Origin: the human T2T-CHM13v2.0 reference genome, Homo sapiens
Length of the DNA stretch: 64,000 nt
Reading direction: 5' to 3' (one strand)
Assembly: GCF_009914755.1 (NCBI RefSeq)
Contig: NC_060932.1
Below, piece after piece: positions 15,478 through 34,455 of this stretch. Position 1 is the first letter of the stretch. Every line of letters begins with the position of its first letter. The notes under the pieces are model-generated. The model ran no database searches. It saw only the letters and a program-made list of their open reading frames with translations, and was not told where the DNA came from. The position numbers and the translations under genes are program-made.

Positions 15478-16256
15478 TTTTTTTTTTTTTTGAAAGGATG
15501 AAGGGATTTATCGAAAATGAACGTACACTCCACAATGTGGGAATGGGCCTAAGCATAGGGGCTCAAAGGCCCTGTTACAGAGTTTTTGTGAGTTTATATA
15601 CCTGCTACTTGGGGTACGCCCTATGTAAATGAAGAGGATGAAGTAAAGTTTCAAATTAATTTACTCCGTACATGCCCTGTGGAGGGGATATTTGCTGTCA
15701 TAGCTGAAGTATGAATCGGCCTTTTGTTCCCTGCCTCCACGCCCTATTTTACTGCCTCATCTCCCCTCTGAGAGATGTGATCCCCATAAATCTTTATGGG
15801 AGGCAGAAGGACCGATGGTCTTTTTTCTGTAACTGCTTCATGCTGGCTCCGGGTGTAGTCCCTACTTATTGGGGATTAAAGAACTCTCATCCTGCTCCAA
15901 CTAGTGGAGGCAGGGTAGATTCCTGATGGCCAGTGGTGGTGTCTTTACCTGGAACTGGCTGGAACCTTTGTTGCATGATCATCTGAAGCTTGATGGTCTC
16001 TTTATGCTGGCATGCCAGGTTTCTGGGTTCTCTCTCCCTGAGCAGCCCTGGTGACCCTGCTCTTCCTCCTGGCTGGCTCTCCAAAATATGTTAACGGTGG
16101 AGGGTGTCCAGGTTCTTGGCATCTTGAACAAATGGCATCTTGAACAAAGAATTGGACAAAATGCACAAACAAACCGAGGAAGGGACGAAGGGAAACTGAA
16201 AATGAAAGTACACTCCATAGTGTGGAAGCAGGCCTGAGCGTAGGGCCTCAAAGGCC
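15478..16256 (-). mobile_element. MER51 (ERV1, MER4 group) processed retrocopy: R-U5 / short internal / U3-R / poly(A)
   Basis: MER51A-like LTR parts at 16089-16256 and 15492-15759, PPT 15760-15769, T14 at 15478-15491 lying 15 nt beyond a GATAAA poly(A) signal variant. Confidence 0.8.
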
Positions 16257-16258
16257 AA

Positions 16259-16515
16259 TTTTTGAGACAGGGTCTTTCTCTGTAGCCAAGGCTGGAGTGC
16301 AGTAGCATGATCCTAGCTCGCTGCACCTTCTACCTTCCTGGGCTCAGGTGATCTTCCCACCTCACCCTCCTGAGTAGCTGGGACTACAGGTGTGTGCCAC
16401 CAAGCCCAGCTAATTTTTGTATTTTTTGTAAAGACAGGATTTCACACTGTTGCCCAGGCTGGTCTCGAACTCCTGGGCTCACATGATCCACCTCCCAAAG
16501 TGCTGGGTTTACGAT
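16259..16515 (-). mobile_element. AluJ antisense with short residual tail
   Basis: J-type body abutting the 5' end of the MER51 retrocopy. Confidence 0.88.
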
Positions 16516-16978
16516 TCTTGAATTTTAAATAAATAGTATACAAATTAAATGTTTTAAACTTAGGAAGTGCTATGTCTCTATTAAATATATTGATATCGCA
16601 AGCTAATATCTTTACATTAGGAACAGGCAGTTATAATAATATCCTTTATTCCTCAGCTCTCTCCAAATTGGGTGCATGTCTTGATTTTCTACTGTTATTG
16701 GCCAGTATATTTTTTGTATCACTGTAAATATTTAATGGAAAGGCAGTAGAAATAGATATATTTTATATTTTCTAAAAATAGTTTCAGTTGTTTAATTGCC
16801 CAAAATTGGTTAGAGGACTTGTTCCAAGTACAGAGTCTATCTGCTGAAAATATCTAATCTTCACAAAATACATTGTTGAACAAATTCACATATTTTGAAA
16901 ATAGAACTGGACAGCAATGTCTATGGGGAATCCTTGCTAGTTATCAACCTATCCTAAAGTTGCTTGATTTCTCTTTCT

Positions 16979-17340
16979 TATTTTTATTTTTATTTTATTT
17001 TATTTTTTATACTTTAAGTTCTAGAGTACATGTGCACAACGTGCAGGTTTGTTACATATGTATACATGTGCCATGTTGGTGTGCTGCACCCATTAATTCG
17101 TCATTTACATTAGGTATATCTCCTAATGCTATCCGTCCCCCAGCCCCCCACCCCACGACAGGCCCCCGTGTGTGATGTTCCCCATCCTGTGTCCAAGTGT
17201 TCTCATTGTTCAATTCCCACCTATGAGTGAGAACATGCAGTGTTTGGTTTTCTGTCCTTGCGATAGTTTGCTCAGAATGATGGTTTCCAGTTTCATCCAT
17301 GTCCCTACAAAGGACATGAACTCATCCTTTTTTATGGCTG
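16979..17340 (-). mobile_element. L1PA (about PA4-PA6) 3' end, heavily 5'-truncated
   Basis: L1 3' UTR and end of ORF2; perfect 14-bp TSD TGATTTCTCTTTCT at 16965-16978 and 17341-17354. Confidence 0.95.
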
Positions 17341-17605
17341 TGATTTCTCTTTCTAAATATTCTATTTCTCCTGAAATTATTTGAAACTTCAAATGAAAAT
17401 CTCCAAATATGCATGGCACCAAATTCAGCACAAAACTTATCAGAGCAAGTAGCATTTATTTGGCATTACTCTTTTCCTAACTGACCTCCTTCATTTTTCA
17501 TTAAATTTATATCATGGTTACCAGATTTGTGAGTTAATTTGAGTCAGTTTCTAAAATACCACATTAACACAGAAGACATTTAAATACAAGGATTCAGAAC
17601 AATAA

Positions 17606-18610
<1,005 letters not shown>

Positions 18611-19479
18611 GAGTTGATTTCTTGATATTTTAAACTCCTATAACCTACATTTTAGAATTTAAAGAAGGCCTCAAAGACTATTAAGTCTGACCTTTCTGTT
18701 ATAGATAATACAAATGAGAGCACAGAGAGGTTAAATGACGTATTTGGCAAGTGAAAAGACAAGTACTAGAATCCAGTTCTAATTCCATAACTTCACACAG
18801 CTACTCTATTACAGCTAGTTAGCTAGTCACCCTGAATTCTTTCCCTAATTCTTCAGCTAGCTTGATCATATATCTCTTCTTTCCCTAGATAATTTTAAGC
18901 TATTGTTTTGTCCATTCATCATGGCTAATATAATTTATTTGTGAGTCTTATTAGCCTTCTTATTAACTCTATGAAGTGCTTTGTGATTCTAGTTATGAAA
19001 ACTATCTTATGAAAATCAACCATCACATGTGAAAAAAGCCAGTCTACAGCAGTACTGCACACAGTGCCTATAACAAAGGCTCAGTTATGCTGTTGCAGGA
19101 GAGAGTCAATAATTAGTAACACATTTCTAAAGGTCTCTCTTGCATAATTTTTGTGTCCAGATGTCTATGACATTTGGGTTCTAAAATAGAGTTCCAAATA
19201 CCACACATTCATGTACATTTTCCAAGAATAATTGGATGATTTTGAGTCTTTCTATTTAATAAACATCAGGACTAAAGATGGCCTACTTCACAATATCAAA
19301 TTTATTCATTTTAAACATCCATTTTGATGTGGAAAGTGTTTGGCATAAATACAATTAAAAGAGTGCCGGATTGTAAATCCTTTGAAGTTTTTGTTTATGA
19401 TCTATCTCTTCCAACTGCTAGTAGTGTAAAAATGGAATGTAATTTGCATAAAATTTTTCAATTCACATGTTCTTAGAGC

Positions 19480-20130
<651 letters not shown>

Positions 20131-20240
20131 ATAAAAAATTTGCATAATAAAATTAAATCAGCAAAAAGCAAAGGCTGGACTTCAGTGATTACTAGGTGCG
20201 TGAAAAACCTCAGTTAACTAGAACTGAGTCAATTTGCTGA

Positions 20241-21276
<1,036 letters not shown>

Positions 21277-21379
21277 TTAAATGAATATAGATATTTGAGA
21301 TTAATAAAATATAAATATATTTAAAACAATACTTAATCCACAGAACTGATGTCATTATATAATATTACAATCTGCATAT

Positions 21380-23110
<1,731 letters not shown>

Positions 23111-23424
23111 GAAAAACGTGGACAGGGGTAGGCCAGTCACAGTCTATCTAAATTACTTCATGTAGTGCTGATTTATGTTGCATTTACATAATCACCTAAT
23201 TTTATCAGATACTCAAATAGTATTTATGAAATTATTTTTCAGAATACAGAATAGAATATTGTCATACTGAACATCTTCTCAGAAAATGAACATTTATTTT
23301 AGTAGATCTAGTCAACTGTATATTGACAGAAGCTTGGCCCTTCAGGGTGCCCTCTCATCCAACCTTAAATGGATATTCACAGAGAAAAAGGGCTATTGAC
23401 ATAAGGATCCAGAAAGCAAAATTT

Positions 23425-23693
23425 TCTCTTTTTTTTTTCTCAGAGAGAGAGTCTCGCTCTGTCGCTCAGGCTATAGTACAGTGGCATGACCATAGCTCAC
23501 TGCATCCCTGAACTCTTGGGCTCAAGTGATCCTCCCACCTCAGCCTCCACATGCCCCACTCCTAGCTATTTTTTTTATTTTTCTAGAAACCAGATCTCAT
23601 CATCTTGCCCAGGCTGTTCTCGAACTCAAGAGATCTTCCCGCCGCAGCCTCCCAAAGTGCTGGGATTACAGGTGTGAGCCACTATGCCTGGCC
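23425..23693 (-). mobile_element. AluJ antisense
   Basis: Degenerate J body with T tail. Confidence 0.85.
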
Positions 23694-24028
23694 TAAAATT
23701 TTTTCTCTTTAACTCTGGGCACACTGGTTCCAAAATGCAACATTCTCTCCAGTTGATTATTGTCCTGGCCATGAAATTCCAAAGGACTATGACCTGAGAT
23801 CGAGCTGGGGGTGGAAGCAGATGCTTTTAGCTAGGGATGAATGTTGCTGTCTTCATACTTGAATTCTGGAAGATCACTCTACTGCTAGCTCTTTTATTCT
23901 CATTGTTCTTGCATAAGCTGAATTTTTGTGCCTCCAAGGTATTCTCCCAAATGAGGAGGAGGCTATGTTTCTATATCCTTTTGTGTTTGAAGGACAGTCT
24001 CAAACTCAAAATGAGAATATAGAGATCA

Positions 24029-24425
24029 CACAAGCCAGACACAGAAAGACAAATACTGCATGATCTCACTCATATGTGGAATCTAAAAAAAAAAAAAAAA
24101 GTTGATATCAGAAGCAGAGAAGGGAACAGTGGTTGCCAGAGACTGGGGAGGGGGAGAAGAATGGTGGTATGGGGAGAAGTTGGTCAATAGGAACAAAGTT
24201 ACAATTAGATAGAAAATAAATTCTGTACAGTTGGGTGACTATGGTTAATGGTAAAATATGTACATTACAAAATAGCTAAAGGAGAGGCCTTTGAATATTC
24301 TCATGACAAAGAAATGATAAATGCATAAGGTGATAGATGTACTAACTACCCTGACTAGATTATTAAACAGCATAGATATTTATGAAAACATGTACTATTA
24401 CAATGTGTCAATTAATTTTTTCAAA
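24029..24425 (+). mobile_element. L1MA-type 3' end
   Basis: CAGAAAGACAAATACTGCATGATCTCACTCATATGTGGAATCTAAAA...AATAGCTAAA...; TSD AGAATATAG(A/T)GATCA. Confidence 0.85.
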
Positions 24426-25129
24426 AGAATATAGTGATCATAAGCACACAATACTAATGAATATCTAGGTAGTATTTTATGGTTTGTGAATGCACAATTC
24501 CTATAACTTGAGGCATTTGCCCTTTACTGTGCTCTAAGAGAGATTGAGAAGTCAGCTGTCAGCAATTTCCCTGGGGTCTCGAAGCCTTGGTGATGTAAGC
24601 ACTTTTCTTCATTGGGTTAAACTTAGGAGGAAAGGAAAATCTGCTGAGTTAGTATTTTTGGTGGCAATAAGCCAGTTTTCCTTTCCATATGTTGTTTGTC
24701 CTGGAGCACTTTTATAAGGTACATGGGATTCATTTCCACTGAAGGAGAGGCCGTACAGCATAGGGGAAAAATGAATGACACAGGACTGTATGATTAGTTA
24801 TTTACCATGATCTGCAGAAGGGTATAAAAATTGGGAATGGGCAGGCATGGTGGCTCATGCCTGTAATATCAGCACTTTGGGAGGCTGAGGTGGGAGGATG
24901 GAGGCTGGGGATTAAGAATGGGCACAAATTCAGGCTGCCATTCCAGAAAGTGAACAGGTTTTCTTGATTTCTTATACAAAACAGGTTGCTAGAAGGTCAA
25001 GGCTGGGAAAGTTTGGTTTGAAGTGCTGGCCCTCACTGAGGTGGGGTTTTGGACTAAGAAAGGACCCCTAGTTTGCTAATTGAGTTCAAGTGATGGTTGA
25101 GTTCCCAGTGCTCTGACAAGGGAAGTAGA

Positions 25130-25740
25130 GATTACTGCAATGGTAGCATATGGGAAGGATTTGGAAAGGAAGGCTTCCTGGAGGAAGTCCTTTCTAAGCT
25201 GAGATCTAAATCATGGAGATGGAATTTCAGGTACAGGAGTGGGATGGGAAATAAGTGAGGTGTGCTGGTGTGTGGAGCATGGAGAAACTTTTATGCAAAA
25301 TATAGTTAATGAAGGTGTGTTCTAGGAACTGAATGTAATTTGAAACAGTGTGCAAGTTGCGGGGGAAGGGGTGATTGAGAGGAGGCTAGAGTTGTGCAAC
25401 CAATTATGAAGGACAAGCTCAAGATTTAACTGAGGATAAGGGTGACCCAATAAGGGTTTTAAGGAGAATGATCAGTTGATGAATATCAATAAATATCAAT
25501 TGGGTGTCATTGTGAAGAATGGATTGGAGGGGTCAGGAGGTAAAACAGAAGACCAGTCAGAGGCTATTGTAATAATGAAAGTGATGGATAGTGATGAACT
25601 GAACTAAGGTAGTGGTGGTGGAGTGAGTGGAAATGGATGGAATTAGGAAGTGAAATTAGTAAGACTTGATATGTGTTTGGAAGAAGGGAGTGAGGGAGAA
25701 TAAGTTGTCCAGCGTTCTTCTAGGTTTCTGGTTTAAAGAG
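25130..25740. mobile_element. L2 fragment
   Basis: GGAAGGCTTCCTGGAGGAAGT...GAAGAATGGATTGGAGGGG...GACCAGTCAGAGGCTATTG. Confidence 0.7.
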
Positions 25741-26076
25741 GAGGTAGATGATATGTCTGTTCCCTAGGTAGGATGGCACCCAAGAGAGCTGGTGCAGTGT
25801 TCTTTGCATTAGGCCACGCTCCCTCCTCTCTACTGCAGGTCATGCTCTGGTGAGAGGGAAGTCTGGGCAGCCAAAAGGCAGCTATGAATTGAATACGATA
25901 GTCATGATTTCCCAAGGTAGTACTGTTCTATGCCTACTGATTCTCATCTGGTTTATCGTTTTTCTGGAGAACAGCATCGAGTTTGGACCATAAATGACAG
26001 TCACCTACTTATATGGGTGACTGCCCTTAGAAGGAAAAATGTGTTAGTTATTTTCTTAATTTAAAATTATTAATAA

Positions 26077-26460
<384 letters not shown>

Positions 26461-27829
26461 TAGTAATGAATAATCCATTATTCTTATCATTTATTTGAGT
26501 AAAATTACTGTGATAGAAATTCTAAGTTATATCTATTCTGACTGAAAAAAGTTACTGAACTTTGGAAATTATTTAATGAAGTACTATCTTGGGTATATTA
26601 AACAAAAGAAAAAAACAGAAATTATTTCACCCTAACCTGTCACTTTATTTTTTAAATTGTGAGTAAATACTATAAAGAGGTGTAATAAACCATGGCCACG
26701 GCCATGGCTACAGTAGTGTATATTTTTTGCAGAGGCTTTTTTTTTTTTTCACATGGATGTGATTTAATGTAGAAGAGATTATTCTTAGGATATAATTGGG
26801 CTTTACTCCAAAGTGGATGAAGCTCAATTATATTCTAAAGTGAATAGTTGATTCCAGGGCTATGAAAAAGATTTCCTGGATCTCTGAACTGATGAGACTG
26901 TTCTATAGCTCCATGTTAAAGTCTTAAAATCCACTTAAATGTTTTTTTTTAATCTGGAAGCCTCATTTGTATATTTGTAGCCCACTTCCTTCCAAAAAGG
27001 ATCCAAGATAGCTCAAAAATATTGAGTCCCCATTAGAAACCAGTTTTTCATAGTAGTTGATATGTTTCTAACCCCAAACTTTTTTTGAAAGCTAACTTAT
27101 ACAGGCTGCCTTGTTATTTCATTTTCAAACAGATTGCATTCCAAAAATGCATTTCAGGGTTGGCTCTTTGGAAATTGGAATATATTTTTTTTCAGAAACA
27201 TTGTGATGGTTGAGTTCCCAGGCTAGTGCACAAAAACCTGGTCAACTTTGGATGTATACTACTCATTTGAATTCTGGTTTCTAGAAGTATTACTGAGGAG
27301 AGTGGAATAAATAGAGCTTTACCCCCATTTTCTATATAAGAGGAAAATTCCAGAAAATGTGAAGCCTGTCTTATTATCTCCACCCTTTTCTTCATGTTTC
27401 TCTCTCCTGTTGGTGTTTCGCCAGGGCTTCTGTCCTGGCCCAAGGCAGCACAGCTTCCCTCCATTTGGGCTTGTTCCAACTCCTAAATAATGTTATATTT
27501 CCTAATGATTGCTTCTTTCTTCCCTAATAAAACTTCGATGCCCTCAGCGTAGTTATCTTAACCTCCCATTAAAGCATTGAACACCCATATGTGAATGACT
27601 AATGAATTCTCAATATTTGCAGAGCTGTTTTTAAAAAGACAGGGAATATATGTTATTTCAAACATGTATGACGTGGGGGAAAGAACGTTGTGCAATAGAG
27701 TAATAGAAAAGGGGTAAATTCAGGTTAGGATAAGGCAGTTTTAGACTAGGGCTTCCAGAGTTAGATTCTTTAAATTCCTACTTTTATTTGTTTGTTTGGT
27801 TATAGTCTCTGCCTTTCCTTTTAAATGAG

Positions 27830-28030
27830 AGCAACAACTAGCATTAGCATATCACTTTATAAATACTATGATATACATTTGAACTGGTAAGGGATTATTT
27901 CTATTTAACAGAAAAGGAAACTGAGGCTCAGAGAAGCTAAGTGCCTTACTCAGGATCTCTAGCTGGTAGGGTTGAAGCTCAGATTGAGAATCCGGTTTCT
28001 AAGACTCCTCTTCTGTGCTAGTTCTGATGC
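27830..28030 (-). mobile_element. MIR
   Basis: ACAGAAAAGGAAACTGAGGCTCAGAGAAG core. Confidence 0.75.
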
Positions 28031-28185
28031 ATTAGACTCTCAGAGGTTCCAAAGTTCCAAATATCTCCATGTTTATAGTTTAGGCTCTGGCACTGCTGCA
28101 AAGAGAAGAGCATGGAAAGTCAGGGATTTAGTTCAGCAATGCCATTCCCAAAGCAGTTTCTGTCAGAATTTAGATGTGCCTCCTT

Positions 28186-28489
28186 GGCTGGGTGCAGTGG
28201 CTCATGCCTGTAATCCCAGCACTTTGGGAGGCCAAGGCAGGCAGATCACTTGAGGTCAGGAGTTCGAGACAAACCTGGCCAGCGTAGTGAAACCCCGTCT
28301 CTACTAAAAATACAAAAATTTGTTGGGCGTGGTGGCACGCACCTGTAATCCCAGCTACTCAGGAGGCTGAGGCCTGAGAATCACTTGAACCCGGAGATGG
28401 AAGTTGCAGTGAGCCAAGACTGTGCCACTGCACTCCAGCCTGGGTGACACAGCAAGATTCTGTCAAAAAAAAAAAAAAAAAAAAAAAAT
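28186..28489 (+). mobile_element. AluS
   Basis: Full Alu; TSD-like TAGATG(T/C)GCCTCCT. Confidence 0.9.
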
Positions 28490-29171
28490 AGATGCGCCTC
28501 CTCCTGTCAGAAATGGTTGCTATGCTAATAGCTGATGTAAACGAGATTTGGTCAGAAGGGAGTGGGGAAATGGAGTCAGGAATAAATGGAAACATTTTGC
28601 ATATTAGAGAAGATATATATTTTATATGTATATGTATATAATAATGACTTTATATTGCATATCATCATCAAAAAACATAGATCAATACCTTCCATAAATA
28701 TTTTTCAGTGTTCCATTATTGATAAGACAATGAAATTATGTATCCTATAAATGTCAGTGTTTAGGAAACTTTAAGAGATGGAGAACATACGCTTGCTGAA
28801 ATAGGGAAGAAATGAAAAGTAAAATTTAAAAACAGAGGCACAATTCAAGAAGCTATGATATTCGTGGTCGCAATCAGAATGAAAATGGAGCCCAGTCAAA
28901 CATGTATCTGTATGTTTGGAAGAAAAGTGCCCTAATGGCAAGCTCTGCACATGGCAGGGAACCTTCCTTCCTATTCCTAAATGACGTGCATGGACGTGTT
29001 AAACAGCCTTGGGTTACTTTCTTGTTTGGGGCCAATCAGCTATCATCAGTGAAAAAGATTACACAGGAAAACACAGATGCCCAGAAGTCCTGACTGTAGT
29101 TTTGGAAGTGAAATGCTGAGGGTACCATTTAGGTATCTCTCAGGGTGCTTAAATGTATAAACCCCTGAACA

Positions 29172-30035
<864 letters not shown>

Positions 30036-31189
30036 GACAAACATTTATCAAAAGCTGTTCAATAACGAAAAACTTTTGCAACTGAGTGATGAAAGGAAGG
30101 TGCTAGGCTATTGCCTGAATTCAAAAGAGATGAGTCATAGAATCTTACTGTGGGAAGGAAAGAAAGGGGTTCTTGTCAAGGGGAGGGATGAGTGGGCAGA
30201 ATGAGCAGGGAGGGTTGTAGTAGGTTTTTAAAAATTGCTGATAATCTATCAAGCCTAGATTGGAGAAGAATATCCCAACAATGAAAATGTTAATCCACTT
30301 ACTTTAAACAAAGGCTAGGCATTTAAGTAGGCAGATAGGATGGAATTTGATACCATTTAGGGGTGATTGGATCTATTTGAAATTCAGAACCTCCTCAAAG
30401 AATGTTAGGGCTAAATTGGGGCAAAATTAGCATTTTTTCATTTGTTTTGAATTTTATTTTGGCAGGTAGAAGGACTTCTTGTTTGTATAGAAGTACACTT
30501 GGCTTTATTAAAGTATAGGAAAATTCACTAATATCCATTTACTGTACTATATTTTATTAGTAAAAGAAAGATTTTAAAATCAAAGAGGTAGTCATATACA
30601 TTGGTAATTCTTAATATTCTTTACTCAGGTAATTTGTCATTATTTATTTAGACATGAAAATACTATGAGCCTCTATAACCTTAAGTTCCAGTGCAAATTA
30701 TTATTTTGTTCTGTTTTTTTTTTCCACCAACAATCTTTGCATTGTGCTAGCACACAATTCTCACAGTTTAATAAAGGAGCTTCTTTTGTATTTTAAGAGC
30801 TGTGCAGAGCAAGTACTGTATATCTTTAAATGTAAATAATATATAAATTATGTTTTCATCAAATTATATTAAAATCTGCTATCTAAATACATTTATGCTG
30901 AGTCCCATATTTTTGGTTTAATGAATATTTGTTGAATAAATGAATTCTTATATTGAGAATTTAAGAACAAGTTACTTTTTTTAAAGAGCGGATTTAGTTA
31001 GATAAGACAGGTGATACAGTATGGATGAAAAAAAGCAGATATAATTAAGTCTACTGGTAGCAGAATAACTTAATATTATACAATCCTTCTGGTTCAATAA
31101 GACTCAGAGATGTGATACTAAAACTCAAAATATACAAGCATTTTTTAGTTTACTGAGCTTGTTAAATTCATTATTTCATACGGTCTTCA

Positions 31190-32345
31190 TAATTTCTATC
31201 TCCAAAATATCCCTTAAGTATTTCTGCTCCTCTCTGTTGACACTGCATTCCTTAGTCCAGGCCTTGAACACTGCTACCCTGGGCTACACTCAATGGCTTT
31301 TACTTTATTCCATTCTCTACACAAATTAATTTCTCAAAGTGAAACCAGACCATGTCACAACCCTCTTGCTGTCCCACAACACTTAGAATAATCTCCATGT
31401 ACCTTACTATGGCTGTCGGGCCGTACAGATCTGGCTCTGCCTTTTCTCTAACATCATCTCACCTCATTCTCCTCAATCATCCACTTCATTCCTGGCAAGC
31501 ATCTTCTTTCAACTCCTCCAATACTATAGTATTTTCCATCTCTGGGTCTTTATGTATACTATTCTGTTTCAAAAACACATTCCCTGCCTAAAATATTATC
31601 ATACTCATTCATATCCAAAGTTTCTCTTTCATCCAGCCTGGGCAACATGACAAGACCCTGTCTCTACAACATTTTTTTTAAAAAATTAGCTGGGCATGGT
31701 GTTGGGCACCTGTGGTCTCACCTATTTGACAGGCTGAGGTGGGAAGGTGGCTTGAGCCCAGGAGGTCGAAGCTGCAGTGAGCCTTGTTTGCATCACCGCT
31801 GCACTATGGCCTGGGTGACAGCGTGAGACCCTGGCTCAAAAACATAAAATAAAAAGTTTCGACTGGGCACAGTGGCTCATGCCTGTAATCCTAGCACTTT
31901 GGGAGGCCGAGGCAGGTGGATCATGAGGTCAGGAGTTCAAGACCAGCCTGGCCAAGATGGTGAAACCCCATCTCCACTAAAAATACAATTAGCTGGGCTT
32001 GATGGCGGGCGGCTGTAATTCCATCTACTTGGGAGGCTGAGGCAGAGAATTACTTGAACCCAGGAGATGGAGGTTGCAGTGAGCCGAGATAGTGCCACTG
32101 CACTCCAGCCTGGGCAACAGCGCGAGACTCTGTCTCAAAAAAAAAAAAAAAAAAAAAAAGTTTCTCTTTCCTGTTCTCTTATTTGTATTTTTCATAACAT
32201 TTGTCACAATTTGTAATTGCTTTGTTTTCAATTGAGTTTTTTTTTCTGTTTTCCTCCTAGATCCATGAGCATAGAGACTATATTGATCTTGTTCACTGAT
32301 GAATGCCTAGTACAGAGCTGCTGTGTAGTAAATATGCAATAAAAA
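31190..32345. mobile_element. L2 interrupted by AluJ (31633-31855) and AluS (31861-32159)
   Basis: L2 motifs on both sides; AAAGTTTC repeated at the insertion borders. Confidence 0.75.
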
Positions 32346-32358
32346 TTCATTACATGGG

Positions 32359-33277
<919 letters not shown>

Positions 33278-33278
33278 A

Positions 33279-33322
<44 letters not shown>
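33279..33322 (+). repeat. (TATC)n tetranucleotide STR, about 11 units
   Basis: Directly visible. Confidence 0.95.
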
Positions 33323-33323
<1 letters not shown>

Positions 33324-33665
33324 CATGAGAATTAGTAAATGAAGAAATGAACAATAACCTTGTGAAGTGCACAGGTTTTTCAAAGGGGTCAACATTATTT
33401 ACTAATGATCACATACCTGTTAAGTGGTGAACCAAACAGAAGTTAAGACCTTGTGATCGATGGTCTAAGGTTCAGTTTTACTCACTGATTGGCTATCTAG
33501 CTATCTCCCGCTCTTGCCACACACCCCTGTAGAGAAAATTACTTAAGAATAGGAGCAAAGCTAAGAATAGGCATGAAACATGAAGGGCACAAATAATAGA
33601 TAAATTTGTTATGTCCCATACATGAACAATGAGCAAACCAAATATGATAGCTGAGAAGGAGAGAC

Positions 33666-34115
33666 ATTCCTCAATATCCACAGGGGATTGGTTCGAAGAA
33701 CCCCCCATGAATACCAAAATCCATGGATGTTCAAGTCCCTTATATAAAATGGTGTAGTATTTGCATATAACCTACGCACATCCTTCTGTATACTTTAAAT
33801 TTAGTAGTCTAGATTATACCTAACACAATTTAAATGCTATGTATAATACCTAACACAATGTAAGTGCTATTTATAATATGTAACACAATGTAAATATTTG
33901 TTATACTGTATTGTTTAGGGCATAATGAAAAGAAAAAATTGGGGGCCAGGCAACTTGGCTTATGTCTGTAATCCCAGTGCTTTGGGAGGCCAAGGTGGGA
34001 GGATTGCTTGAGCTCAGGAGCTCAAGACCAGCCTGGGAAACCACAGGTAGACGTTGTCTCAAAAAGAAGTAAAAGAAAATAAAGAAAAAAGTGTACATGT
34101 TCAGTACAGATGTAA
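33666..34115 (+). mobile_element. MER2 (TcMar-Tigger) with FLAM insertion (33944-34088)
   Basis: GGGGATTGGTTC...ATACCAAAATCCATGGATG.TCAAGTCCCTTATATAAAATGG.GTAGTATTTGCATATAACCTACGCACATCC. Confidence 0.88.
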
Positions 34116-34118
34116 TTA

Positions 34119-34455
<337 letters not shown>

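Noticed and set aside
15417-16522. ATTCTTGAA at both ends suggesting AluJ plus MER51 is one template-switch chimera
   Set aside because: The 9-mer is not adjacent to the MER51 poly(A) tail and is AT-rich, so it is not a credible TSD.
26690-26707. Inverted repeat CCATGGCC-AC-GGCCATGG with two Kozak-like ATGs downstream of TATAAA
   Set aside because: Only 8-bp arms; the frame stops after about 25 codons and there is no other promoter evidence.
33815-33895. Regularly spaced 30-bp repeats as a CRISPR-like array
   Set aside because: Tandem units without unique spacers, inside a eukaryotic MER2 element; no cas genes.
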